Source: an uncultured delta proteobacterium (GTDB lineage: Bacteria; Desulfobacterota; Binatia; UBA9968). From it: DNA of 64,000 nt. The notes under the pieces are model-generated. The model ran no database searches and was not told the origin of the DNA. It saw nothing but the letters and a program-made list of their open reading frames with translations. Both the position numbers and the translations under genes were made by a program. Below, one piece after another: positions 1 to 9,786 of the stretch. Position 1 is the first letter of the stretch, and every line of letters starts with the position of its first letter. Location: the NCBI GenBank assembly GCA_963745835.1, contig CAVUZH010000013.1, positions 224,001-288,000 of the forward strand, written 5' to 3'.

Positions 1-931
1 TAACATGGCTGATTTGAGCCACGTCGATACCGCGCGCGGCGATATCGGTGGCGACCATCACCTCATAACGGCCGTTGCGGAAGCCATCCAACGCGTGCTC
101 GCGCTCGCGTTGAGTTCGGCGCGAATGGAGAACCGCGACCGCATGTCCCTGCTGATGGAGCTTGCGCACGACCCGGTCGGCGCCGTTTTTGGTCCGGCAA
201 AATATCAGCACCTGATCGTAATCGGTGCGCCGGAGCAGTTCTTCCAAAAGTTCCTGCTTTTGTTCGCTATCCACCGGGTAGAGGGCGTGGGTGACGGTTT
301 CCGCGGGAGAGCGCCGCTGGCCGATTTCGATCTTTTCGGGTTTATTCAATGCCCATTTGCAAAGCTGGTCGATTTCCGGCGGAACCGTCGCCGAGAACAA
401 CATAGTCTGACGATTACGGGAGCATTTTTCCACTATCTTGCGGACGTCGGGCATAAATCCCATGTCCAACATTCTATCGGCTTCATCCAGAACGAGTATT
501 TCAATTTTGTCGAGTCGCAGCATGCCGCGGCCAATCTGGTCAAGCAAACGGCCTGGCGTTGCCACGACGATGTCGGCGCCGCGACGCAGTGCTTGGTCCT
601 GTTTGCCGTAACCCGTGCCGCCGTACAAAACTATGGTTCGGAGGTTGGTAAACCGGCCGTAATCGCGAATCGCGGTTTCCACCTGCGCAGCCAGTTCGCG
701 AGTCGGCTCTAAGATGAGCGCGCGCAGGGCACCGCGTTGTCCTAACCGCGAAATTATCGGCAGCGCAAAGGCCGCGGTTTTTCCTGTGCCGGTTTGAGCC
801 GAGCCGATGAGGTCACGCCCGTCCATCAGGATCGGTATCGCACGCAGTTGAATGGGAGTGGGATCGGTGTAGCCGGCAGCGCGTACGCCGTCGACAACCT
901 TGGGTGAAAGTCCAAGTTTAGAAAAGGGCAT
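1..931 (-). CDS. DEAD-box RNA helicase (RhlE-like), 5' part; runs off the window start
   Basis: Not in the ORF track (no stop in window). Manual translation from ATG 931: MPFSKLGLSPKVVDGVRAAGYTDPTPIQLRAIP (Q motif), AQTGTGKTAAF (Walker A), LDEADRMLDMGF (DEAD). The + strand ORF 5..712 is its antisense shadow. Confidence 0.93.
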   Translation of the reverse strand, partial: MPFSKLGLSPKVVDGVRAAGYTDPTPIQLRAIPILMDGRDLIGSAQTGTGKTAAFALPIISRLGQRGALRALILEPTRELAAQVETAIRDYGRFTNLRTIVLYGGTGYGKQDQALRRGADIVVATPGRLLDQIGRGMLRLDKIEILVLDEADRMLDMGFMPDVRKIVEKCSRNRQTMLFSATVPPEIDQLCKWALNKPEKIEIGQRRSPAETVTHALYPVDSEQKQELLEELLRRTDYDQVLIFCRTKNGADRVVRKLHQQGHAVAVLHSRRTQREREHALDGFRNGRYEVMVATDIAARGIDVAQISHV

Positions 932-1064
932 AGTGCTTTATCACATGATATCGAAGAGTTAACAATCGCATGACATAAGTCGAGGCTGGCTCGGCGGCTT
1001 GTTAGTGCGAGTTTCGGTCTTTACATTGGCAAGCCGGACAAAAAAGGAATGTTAGTTGCGGCCG

Positions 1065-1601
1065 CTAAGCTCGCTCCTGATTGGCCGTTCTTGTAAGCAG
1101 GGGGTACGGATTGATCGCGGTTCCGCCGAGCTCGTACACGCCATAGTGCAGATGATGCGGCGTTCCTCTGGCGTTGCCGGTATTACCGACGTAGCCGATG
1201 ATATCACCGGCCATCACCCGGTCACCAGTTTCGAACGCACCAAAATCTCTCAAATGCGCATAGTAGTGCGTTTGCCTCCCAGGCCCCATTACCCAGATTA
1301 CATTACCGCCTAACCGGTTTTGTCCCAGTCTGATGACTATACCCTCTGTCGTCGACCGAACCGGCGTTCCCGGCCTGGCAAAAATATCAATGCCTTGATG
1401 ATGACGACCGCCATCTCTCGGAGCACGCCAACTATTACGGAGTGCCGATGACCGAACGCCGTCCACCGGAACCGGCAAGCTCGCCGGCGATTCGGCCAAG
1501 GTCAATTGCAAGACTACGATCGGATGTTTGATAGACGAACCGACGACAAGCAGAACGCCAAACGCCAAAAACGCGATTATGCTCCCTACAGTCTTCGTCA
1601 C
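1065..1601 (-). CDS. M23 family metallopeptidase
   Basis: HQGIDIFA (HxxxD), YYAHL, GYVGNTGNA, PHHLHY (HxH) motifs; N-terminal hydrophobic segment. Start uncertain. Confidence 0.9.
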   Translation of the reverse strand: MTKTVGSIIAFLAFGVLLVVGSSIKHPIVVLQLTLAESPASLPVPVDGVRSSALRNSWRAPRDGGRHHQGIDIFARPGTPVRSTTEGIVIRLGQNRLGGNVIWVMGPGRQTHYYAHLRDFGAFETGDRVMAGDIIGYVGNTGNARGTPHHLHYGVYELGGTAINPYPLLTRTANQERA

Positions 1602-1726
1602 AGCTTTTAGCAGCAGTTTCCATTCATGGTCATCATGCCGGCGCTTGCGATCCAGTGCCGTTACATCAGCAACGCATGAGCGACCGAACGAAGATGCAAA
1701 CCGCGTCTGTCATTTGCTTAGTGGGA

Positions 1727-2167
1727 TCAGCTCACTGTGATCTGCCGCGCTTTGGCATGCTCCATTTTAGGCACGTAAATTTCCAAGATGCCGTCGCGAT
1801 AAGTCGCCTGGATTCCATCCTGCTGAACTGTTTGAGGCAGATAGAAAGATCGTGAGAACTTCCCGGCAACTCGCTCAACGCTGCGGTATCGGACGCCGCT
1901 GACCGGCTCTTCGAGCTTGCGCTCGCCACTGGACCGTCAACATTCCGTTTTCACCTCTAAATTGAAATATTCCTTGTTCATTCCGGGAAGCTCGGCGCGC
2001 AACAGGTACGAATCCTTACTTTCCAAAACGTCCACCGCGGGGTACCAAACCGTTCCAGCCGAACTCGCGCTGCTCCGCGCTCGACCCAAAGTCTGATCAA
2101 ATAGCTGGTTGAATTGAAAGTTAAAACTCCCTAACCCCGCAAACGGGCGCCATATCGTAAGTTCCAT
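1727..2167 (-). pseudogene. Hsp20/alpha-crystallin small heat-shock protein, interrupted by TGA at 1937-1939
   Basis: WYPAVDVLESKDSYLLRAELPG...EVKTEC*RSSGERK...ERVAGKFSRSFYLP...IQATYRDGILEIYVPK. The two halves are in the same frame. The stop lies in a short shifted segment where canonical KNGMLTVSGER reads in another frame. Confidence 0.85.
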
Positions 2168-2200
2168 AAAAAAATCCTCTAGATTCGTGTCCAGCGAAAA

Positions 2201-2229
2201 AATTTAAGGTCGGCCGTGGATACTGTCAA
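2201..2229 (-). promoter_or_regulatory. sigma70-type promoter upstream of the Hsp20 gene
   Basis: Minus strand TTGACA-17 nt-TAAATT, about 35 nt before the ATG. Confidence 0.55.
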
Positions 2230-2287
2230 CTCGCTCTGGCAATACGAGGCAGGCCGATTGAACAGGCTGCCCAAACCATATGCGCAT

Positions 2288-2692
2288 TCAATCCGAACAG
2301 GGCAAATCGGATTCGTCGATCTCGACCCAGCTCACACGGCTCGACCAATGCCCATGAGCTGTCGGTTTGGTCATGGGTTCCTCATCCAAAGTACCGGCTG
2401 GGATGATGACCCGCTGGCGATCGCGTGACGCATGAGGCACCGGACAATTGCAACGGGTACATATTTGCCGGGCGAAACTCTTTGCCTCAGGCAGGTCGTA
2501 ACGCGCGATCAGCTCCTCTCCCTGAGTCCAACGAAATTGATCGATCGGCACGGCAATGTTGGTGGCTCTCACGCCTCCGGTCGCTTTCCTGCAGCGTGAA
2601 CAATAACAGTGAGAAAATCTCATGAATGGCGGTGTCACCCGATAGCGCACTGCTTTGCAAAGACAACTTCCATTAAGCTGTTGATCAGGCAT
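2288..2692 (-). CDS. GFA/CENP-V family Zn-binding protein
   Basis: GSCLCKAVRY, CYCSRCRK, CTRCNCP cysteine pattern. Confidence 0.9.
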   Translation of the reverse strand: MPDQQLNGSCLCKAVRYRVTPPFMRFSHCYCSRCRKATGGVRATNIAVPIDQFRWTQGEELIARYDLPEAKSFARQICTRCNCPVPHASRDRQRVIIPAGTLDEEPMTKPTAHGHWSSRVSWVEIDESDLPCSD

Positions 2693-2798
2693 GCTGCCTC
2701 CTTATGATTCTGATGGCCGCTTCCACTACTATTTGCAACTCACAGGCGGCGCAAGGCGGCGCAGTCTACGGAGGGCAACGGCTTGCGCCCAGTGAAGA

Positions 2799-3536
2799 TC
2801 ACCCCAGCGGATAACGCGCCAAGGCCGCCGTCAATTCCTTTTCGTTGGTCAGGTCGAGCCGCAAGGGCGTTAGAGAGACGTAGCCTTGCTCGACGGCCCA
2901 GCGATCGGTCCCCTCTTCGGTTTCTTCCACCGGAACGACATTGAACCAGAAATGCTTGCGTCCAAACGGGTCTTCCCCGGTGGCGATCTTACCATCGTAG
3001 TGGCGCACCGACTGGCGGGTCCATCGAAGCCCTTTAGGCTTTTCATCAGGAAAATTCACATTGACCAAACACAAATCCTTGTTGTCGTTCAAAAGAAGCT
3101 CCAAGACCTCCTGCAAGGAAGGCTTCAAGAGATCGAAGTTCGGCTCATCGATGGTGACGGTCGAACTCAACGCGATGCCCCGTAAACCTAGCAGCGTTGC
3201 CTGCTTGGCGGCAGCCAAAGTCCCCGAATGCCATGTGGAATTGCCCAAATTGCTGCCGAGATTTATCCCCGAAAGTACCACGTCGACTTTTTCCCAATTG
3301 AAGATTCCCAACGCCACGCAATCGGCCGGTGTGCCGTCGACCCGATAAGCTTCGAAATTGCCGATCGGAGTGCGCCTGTACGAAAGCGGCCGCATGGCGG
3401 TGATTGAATGTCCGGCAGAAGAACGTTCCACGTCCGGCGCCACCACACGCACTTCGCCAAACTTGGTTGCCACTTCGGCCAAAGCGGCAATTCCCGGGCT
3501 GTAAATGCCGTCATCATTGGCAACCAGGATACGCAT
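2799..3536 (-). CDS. surE: 5'/3'-nucleotidase SurE
   Basis: MRILVANDDGIYSPGI, GTPADCV, SGINLGSNLG, SGTLAAA motifs. Start moved to ATG 3536 behind an AGGAGG RBS. Confidence 0.95.
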   Translation of the reverse strand: MRILVANDDGIYSPGIAALAEVATKFGEVRVVAPDVERSSAGHSITAMRPLSYRRTPIGNFEAYRVDGTPADCVALGIFNWEKVDVVLSGINLGSNLGNSTWHSGTLAAAKQATLLGLRGIALSSTVTIDEPNFDLLKPSLQEVLELLLNDNKDLCLVNVNFPDEKPKGLRWTRQSVRHYDGKIATGEDPFGRKHFWFNVVPVEETEEGTDRWAVEQGYVSLTPLRLDLTNEKELTAALARYPLG

Positions 3537-3634
3537 GAAAGCAAGCCTCCTTCTGAGCCGCAACTGACAAACTATCGCAGCAGTGTTAATATGAGTATTT
3601 CACATTTGCGGGCTTCAGCAAGATAAGGAAATTC

Positions 3635-4552
3635 ATGAAAGTTACACTAATTCATAACCCTGATGCCGGCAGCGACGATCAAACGTGCGGCGAAGATCCG
3701 GTCGAATTGATTCGCCGCGCCGGTCACCAGCTCGTTTATCAATCCTCTAAGGACAGCAATTGGAAAAGCGCGTTGGACCGACCGACAGATCTCATCGCGG
3801 TAGCCGGTGGCGACGGCATCGTTGGCACAGTTGCCAAGCTCATGATCGGCAGAGGAACGCCGATCGCGGTTTTACCGCTGGGAACAGCCAACAACATCGC
3901 CAAGACACTCAACCTCATGGACGTTTCACTGACGCAATTGATCGAGGGATGGAGCGCCGCGACGCATAAGAAGTTCGATGCCGGCGTGGCCAATGGTCCA
4001 TGGGGTTCGGCGCATTTTGTCGAGGGCCTCGGCATCGGCTTGTTCACCGACATGATGACCCGGCTCGACGCCAGAGGCAATGTTGACTTGGCCCATTTGA
4101 CAGAACCTGAGGAAAAAATCACCTCAGTTCTGGAAATGTTGCAAGCCCGGCTGCTGACATGTCCAGAGATAGAACTCCACGTTACAGTCGACGGCCGCGA
4201 TCTCTCGGGCGAATACATTCTGTTCGAGGTGATGAACATAAAATCCATCGGTCCGAATTTGTTTTTAGCGCCTAATGCCGATTCCGGCGATGGCTTGTTC
4301 GATGTGGTGTGTCTGACCCGAGGCGCGCATGATACACTTGATCGCTGTCTCGAGGAGTGCAAGGTAGGCAGCTCGGCGCCGACCGGCTTGCCCGTTCGAA
4401 GAGGAAAGCAAATACATATCGAATGGGAAGGGACCCCGATTCACATTGACGATCAAGCATGGCCCGAAAGCGACAAAAATTATCCGCCCTCGTTAACGGT
4501 AATCGATATAAACGTAGAGCCTGAAAGTCTGGAATTTCTGGCACCGGCCTGA
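3635..4552 (+). CDS. Diacylglycerol/lipid kinase family protein
   Basis: NPDAG, VAGGDGIV, PLGTANNIA motifs. Confidence 0.9.
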   Translation: MKVTLIHNPDAGSDDQTCGEDPVELIRRAGHQLVYQSSKDSNWKSALDRPTDLIAVAGGDGIVGTVAKLMIGRGTPIAVLPLGTANNIAKTLNLMDVSLTQLIEGWSAATHKKFDAGVANGPWGSAHFVEGLGIGLFTDMMTRLDARGNVDLAHLTEPEEKITSVLEMLQARLLTCPEIELHVTVDGRDLSGEYILFEVMNIKSIGPNLFLAPNADSGDGLFDVVCLTRGAHDTLDRCLEECKVGSSAPTGLPVRRGKQIHIEWEGTPIHIDDQAWPESDKNYPPSLTVIDINVEPESLEFLAPA

Positions 4553-4986
4553 GGCTTACACGCAAGCAGGACAAGTCTAGTTCAGTGCCGCGCGATGGCC
4601 GACGATTGCATCAGCCGTCTCGCTACAAAACCTCTCCTGAGATTCACGCCTGTCGGAAGCTTCACACGGAAAGTATCAGGCTTCCTGAATCAACCGAACT
4701 GCCGCAGCAGAAAGCAAATAACAGATGCTGAGTTTGAAGTCTCTGAACTGACGGAAGGCTTTAGTGAAATCGGACGCTTGTTTGTCCGGGGGGATAGTAG
4801 AAATTGAATAGATCATAAGGACGGCGCGGATCCTTGTTCAGGTTTTCAACCCTCTGCTGGGGAATATAAATTGGCAAGCTCTCAGCTCGTACACCTATGG
4901 GTTCCTGGTCTCGATCTCTGCATAAGCGCGCTATAGCCATGATGATGGCAGCCGAAAAAAGGATTGATTTCATCGTGATTCTCTTT

Positions 4987-5250
4987 CTATGAATGGCGTA
5001 CCGTGACCGAGTTAAGGCCGTACTCTATGTCGCGTAGGACATGCGGGCAGTGCTGCTTCGCGGCTTGATAGAGGTCCAACGCTTCCTCTTGACTGCACTC
5101 AATGACAACACACATTGAGAAGGGCCTTTCATCGGCCCATCGGTCAAGCTCCGGAGAACGGCGGAGAACACTATAGGCGGAATGCTGAGGGGAGATGTCG
5201 TGCAAGAGTTTTTCGTAGTCGGATCGCGCTAGCCCAATGATGACTTCCAT
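4987..5250 (-). CDS. Small hypothetical protein (87 aa)
   Basis: ATG-started ORF with protein-like composition in an otherwise empty gap. Confidence 0.55.
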   Translation of the reverse strand: MEVIIGLARSDYEKLLHDISPQHSAYSVLRRSPELDRWADERPFSMCVVIECSQEEALDLYQAAKQHCPHVLRDIEYGLNSVTVRHS

Positions 5251-5491
5251 AGTATTTAGAACACTGAGCGTGCAGGAGAGAGCAATTAGCGAGCCAACTT
5301 GTGAGTTTCGAGATTGTCAATAACACTACCGATAGGGTGAAGGACGCAGACGCGGATAGTGCAGACCTGGACGAAGCCCGACATGCAGTGCAACACAAAT
5401 GCGCAGAATTGGGGCCTCGCTAGCAAACCCGGCAGGAATTTTCAGAAGCACTCATTGTTTTCCGCAGCGAATTCTCACGCCGTCATCATCG

Positions 5492-6085
5492 CTATTTTAG
5501 AGGTCTCGACATGTACCAGGTGGTCGTACCGATGACCACTTCCTCATGCTTAACCACGAAGCCGAATTTTTTGTAGAACGAGACATTTTCAACTCGATCG
5601 GTTTCAAGATAACCGATCGATCTTTCCTGCTCGAGTTCCGCGATATAAAGATCCATCAACGCGGTGCCGATTCCCTGTTGCTGTTTTCCCGGAGCTACAC
5701 CGATGGGCCCGAGATGAACGTGCGGCTCCTGTGGATCAAGGTGGCACCATCGAGCAAACCATTGAATGAATTTCGGCACCGCCTCGCCCATGGATTTCAA
5801 CAGTGTTGCGGCCGCATTAGGAATCTCCTCCGGCGCCGGCAGACAGTAAGGCCAGGCGCGGAAATGAATATAGCCGCAGAGCGCCCCGTCGTGTAACGCG
5901 ACGAAGGCTTGACCGAAAAACATGTTGCGCAGGGCGAGTCGAAAGAAACGCCGATTCTGGTCGATACGACCATTGCCGAATGCGGACAAGTGCAACGGGC
6001 TGGAAACGAACGCGTCGGCAAGGACCGACACGCAATCATCCACATCAGCCGGAGAGTATTTCCTCAATACAAGGTTCATTGGCAC
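5492..6085 (-). CDS. GNAT family N-acetyltransferase
   Basis: HLGPIGVAPGKQQQGIGTALM (acetyl-CoA motif A), YLET, NVSFYKKFGF. Confidence 0.9.
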   Translation of the reverse strand: MPMNLVLRKYSPADVDDCVSVLADAFVSSPLHLSAFGNGRIDQNRRFFRLALRNMFFGQAFVALHDGALCGYIHFRAWPYCLPAPEEIPNAAATLLKSMGEAVPKFIQWFARWCHLDPQEPHVHLGPIGVAPGKQQQGIGTALMDLYIAELEQERSIGYLETDRVENVSFYKKFGFVVKHEEVVIGTTTWYMSRPLK

Positions 6086-6272
6086 GAAGACGCTGTCGAA
6101 AGTCTACTACGAGCTTTATCTCGGAGAAAACATTATTGCTCCGGAATTCTCTCTGCCGCGCGTTGCCTTCGATCGTGCCCTCTGCTCTGGTTTAAAATCA
6201 TCGGGCGCGATTTGACATTACTCTGCGGTTATCGCAAAGATAGGCGCAGATTCGCACTGGAGGGAGCACACC

Positions 6273-7184
6273 GTGAAGATTCTACGATTTGACGACGATC
6301 GGATCGGGGTTATCAAGAACAACGATAGGGTTGTCGACGTCAGCGATGCCATCAGCGCGCGCAAGGCCAAGGGGCCGCAACGGGTAATGGAAGAGATCAT
6401 CGAAGGCTGGCGCAAATACCGCCGCCGCTTTGAAAAGATCATGAATGAGCAGGAAGGCGTGCAATTGAGCAGCGTCCAAATTCGCGCGCCTCTCCCACGT
6501 CCGAGCAAGTGCATCGCGGCTTTTAGTAACTATATCGATCGTCCGGAGCGCACGGCCGATAATTTCCCCAACGAATATTTCTACAAATCGCCCGACCTCG
6601 TCGGCCCCGACGGCGCGGTGGAATTAACGGACATCCCCGCCGCGGTAGTTTATCAACCCGAAGCCGAGCTCGGTTTCGTCATCGGCAAGCCCGCTAGAAA
6701 TGTTTCGGAGTCCAAAGCATTAGATTACGTTTTCGGGTATGTGCCTTTCTTCGATATCTCGACGCGGGGCATGGTGCGTCGCACGCAGTTTGTTCCCAAG
6801 GGGCAGGACACGCATGGCTGTGTCGGGCCGTGGATCATCACCAAGGACGAGATCCCCGATCCGCACAACCTTAATGTAAAATCGTGGACCAACGGCGAGC
6901 CGCGACAAAACTATAATACCAGCGCGATGGCGCACAAGATCCCCAATCAGATTGCCTGGCTTTCCCGATTCGTAAAACTCAATCCGGGAGACATCGTCGC
7001 CACCGGCACTTTTCATGAAGGCTTGAAGCCGGTGAATTCCGGCGACACTATCGAGATCGAATTTGCCAACATGGGCCGGGCGAAGTTTCAGGTCAAAGGC
7101 AACAGCCCACGCAAGGATGCGGACTGGTTGCCCGGGAAAAACCAACCGCAGCCTCCTCCTGGCGGCGGCATGCACAAGGTCTAA
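6273..7184 (+). CDS. Fumarylacetoacetate hydrolase family protein
   Basis: PEAELGFVIGK, DYVFGY, KGQDT, GPWIITKDEIPDP, PGDIVATGT. Confidence 0.92.
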   Translation: MKILRFDDDRIGVIKNNDRVVDVSDAISARKAKGPQRVMEEIIEGWRKYRRRFEKIMNEQEGVQLSSVQIRAPLPRPSKCIAAFSNYIDRPERTADNFPNEYFYKSPDLVGPDGAVELTDIPAAVVYQPEAELGFVIGKPARNVSESKALDYVFGYVPFFDISTRGMVRRTQFVPKGQDTHGCVGPWIITKDEIPDPHNLNVKSWTNGEPRQNYNTSAMAHKIPNQIAWLSRFVKLNPGDIVATGTFHEGLKPVNSGDTIEIEFANMGRAKFQVKGNSPRKDADWLPGKNQPQPPPGGGMHKV

Positions 7185-7262
7185 AAGAACGGTAAAACCG
7201 TTGGACTAATGGAGCACTGGAGTAGTGGTTCTCCGAACACAATTCGTCCAACACTCCAATCT

Positions 7263-8036
7263 TTACGCACCATCTTTCATCCTCATCAATCCCACGTGCC
7301 ACGGCATGACTAGCTTGTAGAGCAGATTGAACAGTTGATTGAGCGTGTAACCGAGAATCGCCAAGGTAAGCATCCCCGCATACATCTGCGCTACTCTAAA
7401 TCGACGCTGTGAATCGAGAATAAAGTAGCCGATCCCGTCGGTGCTCCCGACCATCTCAGAGATGACCACCAGGATGAGGGTGATCGGCAGGCTGACCTTC
7501 AATCCCGTAACAATCTGCGGCGAGGCAGCCGGCAGAATAACATTCCAGATGATCCTCCACTGTGATAATCCAAACGTACGGGCCGTGTTCAACAGCACCC
7601 GATCGACATTACGCGCGCCATCCAGAGTATTGAGCAGAATCGGCCAGGCGCAGGAAAAGAAGATGACAAAAATCTTCATCTCGTCTTCCAAGCCGAAGAA
7701 CAGCATCGCCACCGGAATCATCACAGGCGGCGGCACAGGCCGGAGCATCTCGACGATGACTTCAAAGAGACGATAAACAGTCAGCGAGAGACCCATCAGA
7801 ATCCCCAGGGGGATAAACACCAGAGCAGCCATAACATATCCTGCCGCCGCTCGTTTCATGCTGGCCGCGATTTGTAGCGGAATCTGGCCCGACCAGACTA
7901 AATCGGAGAAAACTCGGAAAATCCTGCTCAGCGGCGGCACGATCAAGGGATTGATCAATCCGCCTTGCGCAAGCAATTCCCAAACGATCAGCAGGCCGAG
8001 AAAGAACAGCAAGCCATTAAGTTTGGATTCGCGCAT
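7263..8036 (-). CDS. ABC transporter permease, NitT/TauT/SsuC type
   Basis: Multiple TM segments, LRPVPP, ARTFG..VILPAASPQI (EAA loop region). Confidence 0.92.
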   Translation of the reverse strand: MRESKLNGLLFFLGLLIVWELLAQGGLINPLIVPPLSRIFRVFSDLVWSGQIPLQIAASMKRAAAGYVMAALVFIPLGILMGLSLTVYRLFEVIVEMLRPVPPPVMIPVAMLFFGLEDEMKIFVIFFSCAWPILLNTLDGARNVDRVLLNTARTFGLSQWRIIWNVILPAASPQIVTGLKVSLPITLILVVISEMVGSTDGIGYFILDSQRRFRVAQMYAGMLTLAILGYTLNQLFNLLYKLVMPWHVGLMRMKDGA

Positions 8037-8039
8037 CTG

Positions 8040-8819
8040 TCAGAGGGCCTCTCGGGCAAGCATGCCGCGGCGCCAATTCATCGCCCAGCCTTCGCCAATG
8101 ACAAACAATCGGTTGAGCAGATATCCAAGGGCTGAAACTAGAATCACACCAGCGTACATGTTGCCGCTGTTCATGGAGCGCTCTTCGTCAAGGATGAAAA
8201 AGCCCAGCCCTTTGCTGCCGGCAATCATCTCGGCAGTAGTGACCAGGATCAAGGCAATCGACAGACTGATGCGCAGACCGGTGATGATGTAGGGCGCTGC
8301 CGCCGGCAGGACGACCAGCCAAAGAATTTTTCGCCGATTAAGACCAAAGGTTCTGCCGGTATCGATCAACGTCCGCTCAAGGTGCCGGACCCCATCGATG
8401 GTATTGATCAGAACCGGCCAGAGGCTGGCGTAAACCGTGACCGCAATAATCATCGCGTCGCTAATGCCGAGCAATAAAACCGCCACGGGAATAATCGCCA
8501 CGGAAGGCATGGGGCGCAAGAACTCGATCACCGCCTCAAACAGGTTGTGCGCCAAACGGAAATATCCCAGGACTGTTCCCAGGATTACAGCTATCGAAGC
8601 GGCAAACAAATAACTCTGAAGAAAGCGGCTCAAGGTGATCATCAGATGACTGACAATCCGGCCGGAGAGAATTAGCTCGCCCAAGCTGCTGAAAATTCGG
8701 CTCACCGGGGGAAGGTAGGGTTGCAGCGCCGGATTGTTGCGGGAGCCGAACTCCCAGATTAGCAAAACAAGCGCAAAAGCGATCCACCCCGGCCAATTAA
8801 AAGCTCTGCCAACGTTCAC
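8040..8819 (-). CDS. ABC transporter permease, NitT/TauT/SsuC type
   Basis: LRPMPSVAIIP, VVLPAAAPYIITGLRIS, AEMIAGSKGLG. Confidence 0.92.
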   Translation of the reverse strand: MNVGRAFNWPGWIAFALVLLIWEFGSRNNPALQPYLPPVSRIFSSLGELILSGRIVSHLMITLSRFLQSYLFAASIAVILGTVLGYFRLAHNLFEAVIEFLRPMPSVAIIPVAVLLLGISDAMIIAVTVYASLWPVLINTIDGVRHLERTLIDTGRTFGLNRRKILWLVVLPAAAPYIITGLRISLSIALILVTTAEMIAGSKGLGFFILDEERSMNSGNMYAGVILVSALGYLLNRLFVIGEGWAMNWRRGMLAREAL

Positions 8820-9595
8820 GAAAGCGCGCTTTCGTTATGGATACGTTGGTAAATACGATTTCTGATTTCCATAAAGCCCGGTTGTGCCCGGGTTAACATT
8901 TGATTGCGCGGCCTGGAAAAATTTATTGGCAGTTCCTCGATAATCCGCGATGGGCGTTGGCTGAGCAACAAAATTCGGTCCGAAAGGTAGATGGCCTCTT
9001 CGATGTCATGCGTGATAAACAAAATCGTCGTGCCCAACTCCTCCCAAAGCTGTAAAAGCGTATCCTCCAACTCCAGACGGGTTAGCGCGTCAAGAGAGCC
9101 AAAGGGCTCGTCCATCAGCAAAACTTCGGGCTCGTACGCAAGCGCGCGGGCAATGGCGACCCGCTGCTGCATTCCGCCCGAAAGCTCCCACGGGTAATGA
9201 TTCTCGAAACCTTTGAGGCCGACAAGGTCGATCAGCGAGCGAGCTTTGCCGTCGCCTTCGCGCGACTGGTTTCCCCGCGCCTCTAAACCGAAGCGAACGT
9301 TTCCAAGCACGGAGCGCCACGCGAACAGAGATTTATTGAAATCTTGGAAAACCAAGACCAGGTTCGGAGGTGGCCCACTCACCTCTTTTCCGTGAATTAC
9401 GACTTGCCCAGCGCTGGGAGCGATCAGTCCCGCAATCGACATCAACAAAGTGGTTTTGCCGCAACCCGAGGGCCCGACGAAGCTGACAAATTCGCCCGTC
9501 TCGATCTCGCATGAGATCTCTCCGATGGCCACGGTGGTCTCGCCGCCCATCTGCCGATAGGTCTTGGCAAGGTTCTGGATCTCTAAAAGAGGCAT
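8816..9595 (-). CDS. ABC transporter ATP-binding protein (TauB/SsuB type)
   Basis: GPSGCGKT, LSGGMQQR, LLMDEPF, ITHD. Confidence 0.96.
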   Translation of the reverse strand: MPLLEIQNLAKTYRQMGGETTVAIGEISCEIETGEFVSFVGPSGCGKTTLLMSIAGLIAPSAGQVVIHGKEVSGPPPNLVLVFQDFNKSLFAWRSVLGNVRFGLEARGNQSREGDGKARSLIDLVGLKGFENHYPWELSGGMQQRVAIARALAYEPEVLLMDEPFGSLDALTRLELEDTLLQLWEELGTTILFITHDIEEAIYLSDRILLLSQRPSRIIEELPINFSRPRNQMLTRAQPGFMEIRNRIYQRIHNESALS

Positions 9596-9786
9596 GAAAG
9601 CGGGTAACAGCTAACCATCAAGCCGATAGCAGAACGAGGAATAAACCAATCACCGGAAAAACCGACCACGGCATCGAAGTGTTCGGTGTTCCGTAATCGT
9701 CAATTTTCATTAGTGATGCGATGGCAGGTTCCCTCCCGTAGCAGAGAAAGTGTCACGGGCGGCCGGGCCGTTTCCCTGCGTATCTT

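Noticed and set aside
5-712. 235-aa + strand ORF
   Set aside because: Antisense shadow of the DEAD-box helicase on the minus strand.
1934-1942. C-TGA in Hsp20 as a possible Cys-Sec motif
   Set aside because: Hsp20 has no conserved Cys here. The TGA arises inside a short frameshifted segment whose other frame gives the canonical NGMLTV.
4761-4973. 70-aa minus-strand ORF with a signal-like N-terminus
   Set aside because: No recognisable domain; may be a degraded gene, but I cannot support a call.
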